This document shows positions 52,706 through 64,000 of a stretch of 64,000 bases of DNA, piece after piece. A program made the translations under genes and the position numbers. The stretch lies in the NCBI RefSeq assembly GCF_006345805.1, contig NC_043002.1:1798001-1862000 (forward strand). Direction: 5' to 3'. Source of the stretch: Octopus sinensis (taxonomy: Eukaryota). How positions within the stretch are numbered: the stretch's first letter is position 1; each line of letters opens with the position of its first letter. Below the pieces are notes generated by a model. That model saw only the letters and a program-made list of their open reading frames with translations, was not told the origin of the DNA and ran no database searches.

Positions 52706-53159
52706 GATAACAATGCTGGAGCATGTGGCGAAAGAATGCTGAACATGGACATAATTAGAAATTTTGTAGCGGAAAGAGAGATTGTTCCAAACAAATGATA
52801 CTTTGTTCTTTAGAAATGGAAACATTTGAAGATGAGAATAAAGGAAAAGAAATATCAAGGAAAGGATCTTTCAGCAAAATCTCTTCTTTTATTCTGCAGA
52901 TTCGTCTTCAAGAATATATTCGGAAGCTGAGCGATAGAAGAGAAAATAAACTGTATAATAGATCCCAATCAATCCTTTCAATAATTGCTGAAAAATACCT
53001 AAAATGGCACAAAAGAGACGCACAGTAATGAGAGATATTAGAAAGAATTGGATCGTGAGACTCTAATAAGTCTTAGACACTGACAGCCCCCCCCCCCTTT
53101 TCCGGTCAGATATTTCCTATCTAAAACATCCTAAGAATAGACATGGACATATTTGATCC

Positions 53160-53270
53160 TATAATTATTTATATTATTTATATTATTATTATCATCATTA
53201 TCATCATCATTATCATCATCATCATCATCATCATCATTATCATCATCATCATCATCATCATCATTATTAA

Positions 53271-53312
<42 letters not shown>

Positions 53313-53328
53313 CATTATTATTATTATT
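53160..53328. repeat. (ATT)n/(ATC)n microsatellite
   Basis: Directly visible. Confidence 0.96.
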
Positions 53329-53474
53329 AATATTTAAGGATTGATGTTACTCCTCCCGAAAGTAAAGAAACGATAAAAAGAATGCCACTTTTATCGAATG
53401 AACAAGAATAAAGAGTCGCACTCTTCTTGCTGTTCTTTTACCTTCGGGAGGAGTAACATTAATCTTTAAATATT
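53329..53474. mobile_element. Short MITE-like element with ~42-bp TIRs
   Basis: AATATTTAAGGATTGATGTTACTCCTCCCGAAAGTAAAGAA versus the reverse complement of the right end, AATATTTAAAGATTAATGTTACTCCTCCCGAAGGTAAAAGAA. Confidence 0.78.
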
Positions 53475-53499
53475 ACCAAAATGAAGTAGATTGATTTAC

Positions 53500-53645
53500 G
53501 GTATGAGTTCAAATTCCGCTGAAGTCGACTTTGCGTTTCATCTTTTAGGGATTTGATAAAATAAATACCAGTTGCGCACTGGGGTCGATGTAATTGACTT
53601 TGATCTTCCCCGAAACTGCTGGCCTTCTGCCAAATCCTGAAATCA
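53500..53645 (+). mobile_element. SINE family B, B-box to tail
   Basis: GAGTTCAAATTCCGCTGAAGTCGACTTTGCGTTTCATC...ACCAGTTGCGCACTGGGGTCGATGTAATTGACTT. Confidence 0.75.
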
Positions 53646-53697
53646 TTGTTATTGTTATTAACTATATATATGTATATATATATATGTGTGTGTATAT

Positions 53698-53753
<56 letters not shown>

Positions 53754-55119
53754 GTATATATATATATGTATGCATATATGTATATACATATATAGATATA
53801 CACACATAGATATCTATGTATATATACGTTCATGGCTTTGTATACATATGTATGTATATGTGTGTGTATATATACATATAATCAAAATAAGCAACAAAAT
53901 ATCAAGTAGTGATGCACTACGATCGTTTCAAGCGGCTCCATTTAATTGAACAATGCAATCATTACATCAACTTAAATACAATGACGTTTTCTGCAGCACA
54001 AATAAATAAATAGAATTTTAACAAGTAGGACTTCCAAGAATCGCATGAAGCCTATTGCTGACATAGTGTTGTAAGGGATTGTAATTCGTTTCTAATTCAT
54101 TTATCTCTTTATCAACTGCTAAATCTCATACTAGAACACTGTGTCTATTTTGAATAAAGAACAAAAGTGAGTTGATAGCTCATGGCTAGGTATGGTCATA
54201 AATATTATCATATGTATCCCTTTTCCTCAGGGAGGAAATAACACATTCGGAATAGTCACTGTGTATAGAAAGGGCTAGCGTAGAGGAAGACGTTAATTAC
54301 CAGTTAAAGGGGCATGACGCCAAGAAACCTAACATGTTGATACAGGGGAAATTTTATTTTGGGGCGCTATGGCTGATTGTTTATAAACAGTATTGTTATC
54401 ATGTATAAAAATAAAATTTAAGAATTTCAAGAATAATATCAGAACCAAAATACGTAAAAGGTGTGTATATATCAATTATAAACATTAAAAAGGAAAGACT
54501 ATATTAGAATCAGTTTAATATTCATTCATGTACTTAATTAATTACTTATTCGGTAGTTTCTATAAAGACTGCTTAAGGCATTTACTTATGGAACAGCTGG
54601 AAAGATACACATGCTATCTATCAATTTTAAGCTATGAATCAGAAAATAGTAAAGATGCAAAGAGATACACACACATTTATTCATGTGCTTCTATACACAT
54701 ACACAAATATTTATACTTTATGTGTATATAGTGCAACTATCTCGCATAGACTTAAGTACTGAAAAATATCTATTTAAGAACAAGAAAAATAACAATTTAT
54801 AAGGAATAAGAGGTTGTTAGGTAACGATATCAAAATAAGAAAACAAAAAAATAAGAATTTATAGAAAATAATAAGAAATACGTATAACCTACATATAAGA
54901 GATATGGGATTAAAATTGGATGTAGGGAAGAGATAAAGGTAACCCGAAAAAAGGAGGTAATAGGTATGGTAGTAGTGAGGGTAGTTAAAGGTATTCAGAC
55001 CAAAGAGATTGTATAAATTGTAATGTTACAGGTGCTATTGAGTGTATGATGACAGAGTCTCCAGCGGGTATATGCTTTAGTCAAAAGGAGATTTACATAA
55101 AGTCGCTACAAATATACAT

Positions 55120-55690
55120 AATATGATCAGTCGGGTAGAACAACATAGAATGGAAAATAGTGCAATCCCCAAAATAGGATAAAGTCAGACTAACTAGGGG
55201 TCGACAATTTTGGCAAGACATTAAATAGCTTCCGGCCTTTGAACCCCAAGCTATTGCAATGTAGGCTCCACACTCTGTGTGGGGCCTTTGCAAAAACGCT
55301 GTGGCCTCCTCTTCGTGAACTACTATAACCCTCGATATTAGGTGCCAGGCCCTCTAGGATTTTGCATATATATATATCACCACATATCTCTCCAATATTC
55401 GCTCCACAGAGTAGAGTCGTTATTCTTTCCGTCTTTCTCAGTAGATCGAGTTTCTATTTATGCAATTTTCTCACCATTAAACTACATTTGACACTATGCA
55501 ATCACCATAGTTGGAATCGACAAATATCCTCTCCAAGACCAGAATAGTTTCCCCATTTCTTATCCTGAAAGTTCCCAGAATCAATCCGCCGTCTTGGTGG
55601 TAAATACATGGAAAGATGCAAGGCTGCTCGTATCAATCCCTAAGGGACACATTGGGTTTCACGCTGGGTTTGCAACTCCTTTCGCTGCAA
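55120..55690 (-). mobile_element. CR1-like LINE 3' relic
   Basis: ILGTFRIRNGETILVLERIFVDSNYGDC and HCNSLGFKGRKLFNVLPK, homologous to the 7806-9020 family. Confidence 0.7.
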
Positions 55691-56016
55691 AGCATCTTTA
55701 TTAGGCAGTTACATAGATAGAGAGAGAGAGACAGATAGATAGATACATAGATAGATAGACAGAAAGATAGGTAGATATCAAGGTGTGATATGTGCACAGA
55801 CACCACACGGTTGTATATATTCCAGTAAGATTTATATATATTACATATACGCATATACACACGTTTGCAGGGACACACACACACACATTATATAATATAT
55901 ATATATAATATATAATATATATATATATATATAATAAATATATATAATATATATAATAAATATATATATAATATATATATAGATATAATAAATATATATA
56001 ATATAATATATATATA

Positions 56017-59000
56017 TAAATGAAGTAGCGGGACGCCAAACGAGATCAATAAAATGACTTAGCGGTTCGCCAAACAAGAGTGATAAAATAACCTAGCGGT
56101 TCGCTGAACAAGATCGATAAAATAACATATTGGTTCGACAAATAAAATCGATAAAATGACTTCGCGGTTCGCTAAACTAGTTCGATAAAATGACCTAGCG
56201 GTTCGCCAAAGGAGTTCGATAAAATGACGTGGCGCTTCGCCGAACGAGATCGATAAAATGACTTAGCTGTTCGCCAAAGGAGACCAATAAAATGACGTAG
56301 CGATACGACAAAATGATGTAGCAGTTCGCCAAATAAGATCGATAATGTGAATTAGCGGTTCGCAAAACGAGATCGATAAAATGACTTAGTGGTTCGCCAA
56401 ACGAGATCGAATAAATGACCTAGCGCTTCGCCAAAAGAGATCGATAAAATGACGTAGCAGTTCGCCAAACGATCTCGAAAAAATGACTGAGTGGTTCGCC
56501 AAACAATTCGATAAAATGAACTAGCGGATCGCCAAATCAGATCGATAAAATGACGTAGCGGTTCGACAAACGAGTTCGATAAAATGAAGTATAGGTTCAC
56601 CAAACAAGATCAATAAAATGACCTAGTGTCTCGACAAACGAGATCGAATAGATGACTTAGCGGTTCGCCAAAGGAGATCAATAAAATGATGTAGCGATAC
56701 GCCAAACAAGGTTGACAAAATGATGTAGCAGTTCGCCAAATAAGATCGATAATGTGAATTAGCGGTTCGCAAAACGAGATCGATAAAATGACTTAGTGGT
56801 TCGCCAAACGAGATCGAATAAATGACCTAGCGCTTCGCCAAAAGAGATCGATAAAATGACGTAGCAGTTCGCCAAACGATCTCGAAAAAATGACTGAGTG
56901 GTTCGCCAAACAATTCGATAAAATGAACTAGCGGATCGCCAAATCAGATCGATAAAATGACGTACCGGTTCGACAAACGACTTCGGTAAAATTAAGTATA
57001 GGTTCACCAAACAATATCAATAAAATGACCTAGTGTTTCGAGAAACGAGATCGATAAAATCACGTAGCGGTTCGCCAAACGAGATCGATAAAATGACTTA
57101 GCGGTTCGTCAAACGAGATCGATAATAAGACTTAGCGTTTTGCCAAACGAGATCGATAAATTGACATAGAGGTTCATCAAACGAGATCGATAAAATGAGT
57201 TAGCGTTTCGCCAAACGAAATCGATGCAATGACGTAGCGGTTCGTCAAACGGGATCGATAAAATGACATAGCGGTTCGCCAAACGAGATCGATAAAATAA
57301 AGAAGCGGGTCGCCAAACGAGATCGATAAAATGACTAAGCAGTTCGTCAAACGAGAGCGATAAAATGAAGTAGCAGTTCACCATACGAGATCGATTAAAT
57401 GATTTAGCGTTTCAACAAATGTGATCGATAAAATGACTTAGCGGTTCGATAAACGAGATTGATAAAATGACGCAGCGGTTTGACAAACGAGATCGACAAA
57501 ATAACTTAGCAGTTTGCAAACCGATATCGATAAAATGGCCTAGTGGTTCACCAAACGATATCAATAAAATGAATTAGCGGTTCGCCAAACGAGATCGATA
57601 AAATGGCGTAGCGGACGCCACACAATATCGATAAAATGAATTAGCGGTTCGCCAAACGGGATCGATGAAATGACCTAGCGGTTAGTCAAAGAAATCGATA
57701 AAATGATGTAGCGGGTCACCAAACGAAATCGATGAAATGACGATAAAATGAATTAGATTGATAAAATGAATTAGCGGTTCGCGAAATGGGATCGATAAAA
57801 TGACCTAGCGGTTCGCCAAAGGTGTTCGATAAAATGACTTAGCGGTTCAACAATCGAGATCGATAAAATGATTCAGCGTTTCGCCAAACGAGATCGATAA
57901 AATGACTTACCGTTTCGCCAAACGAGATCGATATAATGACTTAGATTATTTAGACTTAAATGATTAGACTTAGACTAAAATTATTTAGCGGATCGCCAAA
58001 TGCATTCGATAAAATGAAGTAGCGGTTCACTAAATGAGCTCAATAAAATGAATTAGCGGTTCGCCAAACTACATCGATAAACTAACTTAACGGTTCGCCA
58101 AACGAGAACGATAAAATGACGTTGCGGTTAAACAAACGAGATCGACAAAATGACTTAGCGGTTCCCCAAACAAGACCGATAGAATGACGTAGCGGTTCGC
58201 CAAAGCAGATCGATAAAATGACTTAGCGGACCGAAAAATGAGATCGATAAAATGATTTAGCAGTTTGCCAAACGATATTAATAAAATGACGTAAACAAGA
58301 TCGACAAAATAACATAGCGGTTTGCCAAACGAGATCGATAAAATGAATTAGCGGTTCGCCAAACGAGATCGATAAAATGAGTTAGCGCTACGCCATACAA
58401 GATCGAAAAAATGATGCAGCGGTTCGTCAAAGAGATCGATAAAATGACTTACCGGTTCGCCAAACGAGATCGATAAAATGACGTAGCGGTTCGCCAAAGC
58501 AGATCGATAAAATGAAATAGTTGTTCGCCAAACGAGATTGATAAAATGACTTAGCGGTTTGCCAAACGAGTTCGCTAAAATGACGTAGCAATTTGCGAAA
58601 CGAGAACGATAAAATGACCTAGCGGGCCGCCAAAGGAGATCGATAAATTGACGTAACAGTTCGACAAACGATTTGAGAAAATGAGTTAGCGGCTCGTCAA
58701 ACAAGATCGATGAAATGAATTAGCGGTTCGCCAACGAGATAGATAAAATGATGTAGCGGCTCGCCAAACTAGATCGATAAAATGACTTAGCAGCTCGAAA
58801 AACGAGATCTATAAAATGACTAAGCGGTTCGCCAATTCGACATACGAATCGATAAAATGATTTGCGGTTCGCCAAACAAAATCGACAAAATAACATAGCT
58901 GTTTACCAAACGAGATCGATAAAATGAATTAGCGGTTCGCCAAACGAGATCGATAAAATGACTTAGCGCTACACCATACAAAATCGAAAAAAATGATGCA

Positions 59001-61521
59001 GCGGTTCGTCAAAGAGATCGATAAAATGACTTACCGGTTCGCCAAACGAGATCGATAAAATGATGTAGCGGTTCGCCAAAGCAGATCGATAAAATGAAGT
59101 AGTTGTTCGTTAAACAAGATCGATGAAATACATTAGCGGTTCGCCAACGAGATCGATAAAATGATGTAGCGGCTCGCCAAACGAGATCGATAAAATGACT
59201 TAGAGGCTCGGAGAACGAGATCTATAAAATGACTAAGCGGTTCGCCAAAGATATTGATAAAATGATGTAGCGATTCGACAAACGAAATCGATAAAATGAC
59301 TTGGCGGTTTGTCAAGCGTGATCGAAAAATGACTTAGCGGTTCGCCAAATGAGATCGACAAAATGACTTAGCGGTTCACCTAACGATATCGATGAAAGGA
59401 ATTAGTGGTTCGCCAAATGTTATCGATAAAATGGCATATCGTTTCGACAAACGGGATCGATAAAATGACGTAGCGGTTCGCCAAACGGGATCGATAAAAT
59501 GACATAGCCATTCGAAAAACGAGATCGTCAAAATGATATAGCGGTTCGCCAAACAAGGTCGACAAAATAAATTAGCGGTTTCACTAACGAGATCAATAAA
59601 ATGACTTAGCAGGTCGCCAAACATGATCGATAAAGTGACATAGAGGTTCGACAAACGAGATCGATAAAATGACTTAGTGATTCGCCAAACGAGATCGTTA
59701 AATTGACCTTGCAGTTTTCCAAAAGATATTGATAAAATGACCTAGTCGTTCGACAAACGAGATCAATAAAATGACTTAGCAGTTCGCCTTACGATATCAA
59801 TAAAATGAATTAGCGGTTCGCCAAACGAGATCGATAAAATGACTTGGCGGCTCGAAAAACAAGATCGATAAAATGGCCTAGCGGTTCGCCAAAATATATA
59901 GATAAAATGACTATAGCGGTTCGAAAAACGAGATTGATAGAATGATTTAGCGTTCCAACAAATGAGATCGAAAAATGACCTAGCATTTGGAGAAACGAGA
60001 TCGATAAAGTGAACTAGCGGTTAACCAAGCGATATCGACAAAATGACGTAGCAATTCACCAAACAAGTTTGATAAAATGACTTAGCGGTTCACCAAACGA
60101 GATCGACAAAATGAATTAGCGGTTTGCCAAAGGATATCGATAAAATGAACTAGCGGTTCGCCAAAGATAATCGATAAAATGACTTAGCAGTTCGCCAAAC
60201 GAGATCGATAAAATGACTTAGCGGTCCGCAAAACAAGGTCGATAAAATGACTTAGCGGTTCGAAAAAATAGATCGATAAAATGACCTAACTCTTCGCCAA
60301 AAGATATCAATAAAATGACGTAGCTGTTCGACAAACGAGATCGATAAAATGATGTAGAGGTTCCCCAAATATGGTCGACAAAATAACTTAGCGGTTTGAC
60401 AAACGAGATCGATAAAATGACGTAGTGGTTCGACAAACGAGATCATTAAAGTGAACTAGCGGTTCGCCAAAAGATATCGATAAAATGACATAGCGTTTCG
60501 CCAAATGTGATCGATAAAATGACTTAGCGGGTTCCCCAAATGAGGTCAATAAAATGGGCTAGTGGTTCGAGAAATGATATCGATAAAATGACGTAGCGGT
60601 TAGCCAAACCAGATCGATAAAATGAAGTAGTGGTTCGCCAAACGAGATCGATAAAATGTCGTAGAGTTTCGCGAAACTGGATCGATAAAATGCACTAGCG
60701 GGTCGCCAAAGAAGATCGATAAATTGGCGTAGCAGTTCGATAAACGGGATCGATTAAATGACCTAGGGGTTCGTCAAACGAGACCGATAAAATATGTAGC
60801 GGTTCGCCAAAGGAGATGGATAAAATGACTTAGCGGTTCGCCAACCGCGATCGAGAAAATGACCTAGCGGTTCGCCAAACGAGGTCGATAGAATTATCTA
60901 GCGGTTCGACAAGCGATTTCGATAAAATGACGTAGCGGTTCGCCAAATTTGATCGATAAAATGACTTAGCGGTTCGCCAAACGAGAACGATTATATAAAT
61001 TAGCGATTCGCCAAATGAAATCGATAAAATGACGTAGCGGTTAGCCAAACCAGATCGATAAAATGAAGTAGTGGTTCGCCAAACGAGATCGATAAAATGT
61101 CGTAGAGTTTCGCGAAACTGGATCGATAAAATGCACTAGCGGGTCGCCAAAGAAGATCGATAAATTGGCGTAGCAGTTCGATAAACGGGATCGATTAAAT
61201 GACCTAGGGGTTCGTCAAACGAGACCGATAAAATATGTAGCGGTTCGCCAAAGGAGATGGATAAAATGACTTAGCGGTTCGCCAACCGCGATCGAGAAAA
61301 TGACCTAGCGGTTCGCCAAACGAGGTCGATAGAATTATCTAGCGGTTCGACAAGCGATTTCGATAAAATGACGTAGCGGTTCGCCAAATTTGATCGATAA
61401 AATGACTTAGCGGTTCGCCAAACGAGAACGATTATATAAATTAGCGATTCGCCAAATGAAATCGATAAAATGACGTAGCGGTTCGCCAAAGGCGATCGAT
61501 GAAATTAATTAGCAGTTCGCC
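56017..61521 (+). repeat. 34-bp satellite array (~160 monomers) with higher-order repeats
   Basis: Consensus ACTTAGCGGTTCGCCAAACGAGATCGATAAAATG; period 34 (e.g. GCGG at 57067 and 57101). Confidence 0.98.
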
Positions 61522-62900
61522 AGTTTTCGACACAAATTTCCGGATGTTAGAAAATCCTCGGAAATTCCCATGCAGTTAGAATATCCTCGGAACTTTCCAT
61601 GCATTTTAAGTCGTAATTTCCCGGCAGTTAAAATATCCTGGGAACTTTCCATGCAGTTTTCGACCAAATTACCCGGAAGTTAGAAAATCCTCGGAACTTC
61701 CCATGAAATTTCCCGGAAGTTTAAAAAAACCCGGAACGTACCATGCAGTTTTCGACGAAAATTCCCGGAATATAGAAAACCCTCGGAACTTCCCAGGAAT
61801 TTTCGATCAACTTTCCCGAAAGTTAGAAAATCCTCGGAACTTTCCATGCATTTTTAGTCGCAATTTGCCGGGCGTTAGAATATCCTCGGAACTTTCCTGG
61901 AAGTTTTCGACGAAATTTCCCGGAAGTTAGAAAATCCTCGCAATTTCCCATGCAATTTTTGACGAAAATCCTCGGATCTCTCCATGCATTTTTAGCCGTA
62001 ATTTCCTCGGAACTTTCCTGGAAGTTTTCGATGAAATTTCCCGGATGTTAGAAAATCCTCGCAATTTCCCATGCAATTTCCCATGCATTTTTAGCCGTAA
62101 TTTCCGGGGTGTTAGAATATCCTCGGAACTTTCCGTGCAGTTTTCCACTAAATTTCCTGGAAGTTAGAAAATCCTCGGAACTTTCCTGGAAGTTATCGAT
62201 GAAACTTCCCGGAAGTTAGAAACCTCGGAACTTCCCATACGGTTTTAGTCTTAATTTCCCGTGAGTTTGAATGTACTCGGAACTTTCCATGCAATTTTTG
62301 TACCAAATTTCCCGGAAGTTAGAAAATCCTCGGAACTTCCCATACAGTTTCTCACGAAATTGCTGGATGTTAGAATATCCTCGGAACTTTCCATGCGGTT
62401 TTCCACCAAATTTTCCATAAGTCAAAAAATCCTCGGAACTTTCCTGGAAGTTTTCAACCTAATTCTCGGAAGTTAGAGAACCCTCGGAACTTCCCATGCT
62501 TTTTTCGACGAAAATTCCCGGAACGTCCTAGGAATTTTCGATCAAATTTCCCGGAAGTTAGAAAATCCTCGGAACTTTCCATGCATTTTTAGTTGTTTCT
62601 TTTGGGACTTTCCTCGGAACTTCCTATGCAATTTTCGACCAAATTTCCCGGAAGTTAGAAAATCCTCAGAACTTCCCATGCAGTTTTCCACGAAATTTCC
62701 CGGAAGTTTCAATATCCTCGGAACTTTCCATGCAATTTTTTACTAAATTTCCAAGAATTTAGAAAATCCTCGGAGCTTTCCTGGAAATTTTCGACGAAAT
62801 TTCCCGGAAGTTAGAAAATCATCGGAACTTTCCTGGAAATTTTCGACGAAATTTTCCGGAAGTTAGAAACCCTCGGAACTACCCTTGCATTTTTCGTCAG
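61522..62900 (+). repeat. 52-bp satellite array (~25 degenerate monomers)
   Basis: Consensus AAATTTCCCGGAAGTTAGAAAATCCTCGGAACTTTCCATGCAGTTTTCGACG; monomer starts at 62641, 62693, 62745, 62797 and 62849. Confidence 0.95.
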
Positions 62901-62959
62901 GAAGTTTCTCGATCTTCTTGAAACGGATCCGCTAATCTGCTCGCACGAATGCAGTGAAA

Positions 62960-64000
62960 TCTCTAGATGGTACTTTCAACGGTTATTTTGTCGGTGCTGA
63001 GATGATTTTGGTTCTTTATAGTTTTGAAGATAACCTTAAGGACCAACTTGTGCCTCCATGTATACCTGTTCAATGCTAATGAGCAGTTGGACAGAATATG
63101 TTTTAGTGTATCGACCTTTCCACATTTGCAGATGTCATTCTCTGACTAGATGGCAAAATTTTATAAGATGAACGAATCAGGAAACTCAACCGAGATGTCA
63201 TCCACGTTCACATCTCATCCAAACTTATCTTCCTCTCAACAACATGTTCTTCCCATCTCGTCATCTAACCTTGATGAACACATCGGATCAAATGAAGCTC
63301 TCTTCTCTCTGCTTCTCTTGTTTTGACGCTGATGCTAACAACAGATCTGCGTTCACTCCACATCATGCTTGCAAACGGTCTGAACTGATCCGCGCCAAAA
63401 CCAAGTCCCTTCTGTGTTGCTCCCACCATATCTCTATGTATAAGAGAAGACAAGATGTCGTCAGTTTCTGCTTCTGCTTTCCACTTCCTGGCTGTTTTCA
63501 CCTCTGGTGGGTTACGCCTGATTTCCATATCCTTTGATTCTCTCAGCATCATGACCGTCCGTCCCAGCTTATATATTTCGACTATTGATACTATTGGTAG
63601 CTGCAACGAACGTCTTTTACGATAAAGAGCTGAACTGTTCAACATACGAGGTAGGCCTAGCCACTTTCTAATGAACACATTACATTTTTGTTCAATGATT
63701 TCAACTCGTGACAATGCTACCTCGTATATTAAAAGTGGCCACTCAAGTCGCGGGTACAAGCCGAACTACAAGCACCAAATTTTATAGTTACCTGGTAACT
63801 TGGAATTATCAATCGCTGATAACCCAGCCTCGGCCTGTTTCATAATTTCAATCCCTCGACTTCTGCCTGACAATGTTCCAGCGTATACTCGCCCCAATCT
63901 CTTGACGGGCTCTTCCTTGACTGTTGGAATGCTTTCTTCAGATATTCGAAATTTAAATTCTTTCTGCACTCCCTTAACAAATGTCAGACTACGCGAATTT
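62960..64000 (-). mobile_element. HERO-like RLE-clade non-LTR retrotransposon relic (continues beyond window)
   Basis: IPTVKEEPVKRLGRVY...SKLPGNYKIWCL; PRLEWPLLIYEV...KWLGLPR...LQLP...VKTARKWKAE...QG; then CKCGKVDTLKHILSNC...RYTWRH. Ends before the PD-D/ExK nuclease. Confidence 0.86.

Noticed and set aside
56017-61521. CRISPR array (34-bp periodicity)
   Set aside because: Monomers are head-to-tail with no unique spacers; eukaryotic context; no cas genes.
56352-62476. ORFs in the satellites (RSRLANR-type and KFPGS-type repeats)
   Set aside because: By-products of tandem repeats with shifting frames.

Overview
AT-rich animal DNA dense in microsatellites and transposons. The tRNA-derived SINE families and repeat landscape point to an octopod (Octopus-like) genome; this is inferred by pattern recognition, not a database match. 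I found no confidently intact host gene, RNA gene or CRISPR array. Mobile elements: a deleted mariner, Tc1 (DD34E) and rosa-like transposase relics, a Helitron helicase scrap, two RTE LINEs (one nearly complete, GC-rich, with a 10-bp TSD), several CR1-like LINE fragments, a Penelope GIY-YIG relic, an ORF1-only L1/Tx1 element, a HERO-like retrotransposon at the right edge, two SINE families and MITEs. Repeats: a 1.79-kb tandem duplication bounded by (CA)n, a 5.5-kb 34-bp satellite and an abutting 1.4-kb 52-bp satellite. Two weak candidate host-gene relics: HNMT-like and NABP/SSB-like. Most interesting: (1) two unrelated long palindromic elements next to (TA)n tracts, each arm folding into a Penelope-type hammerhead-ribozyme-like motif, among several other hammerhead-like motifs; (2) the 34-bp satellite monomer matches 30/34 nt of an internal segment of a SINE found in this same window, and the array shows higher-order repeats and CpG decay; (3) the 52-bp satellite is studded with STAT-consensus TTCN3GAA and kB-like motifs. 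Coordinates of degenerate elements are approximate.
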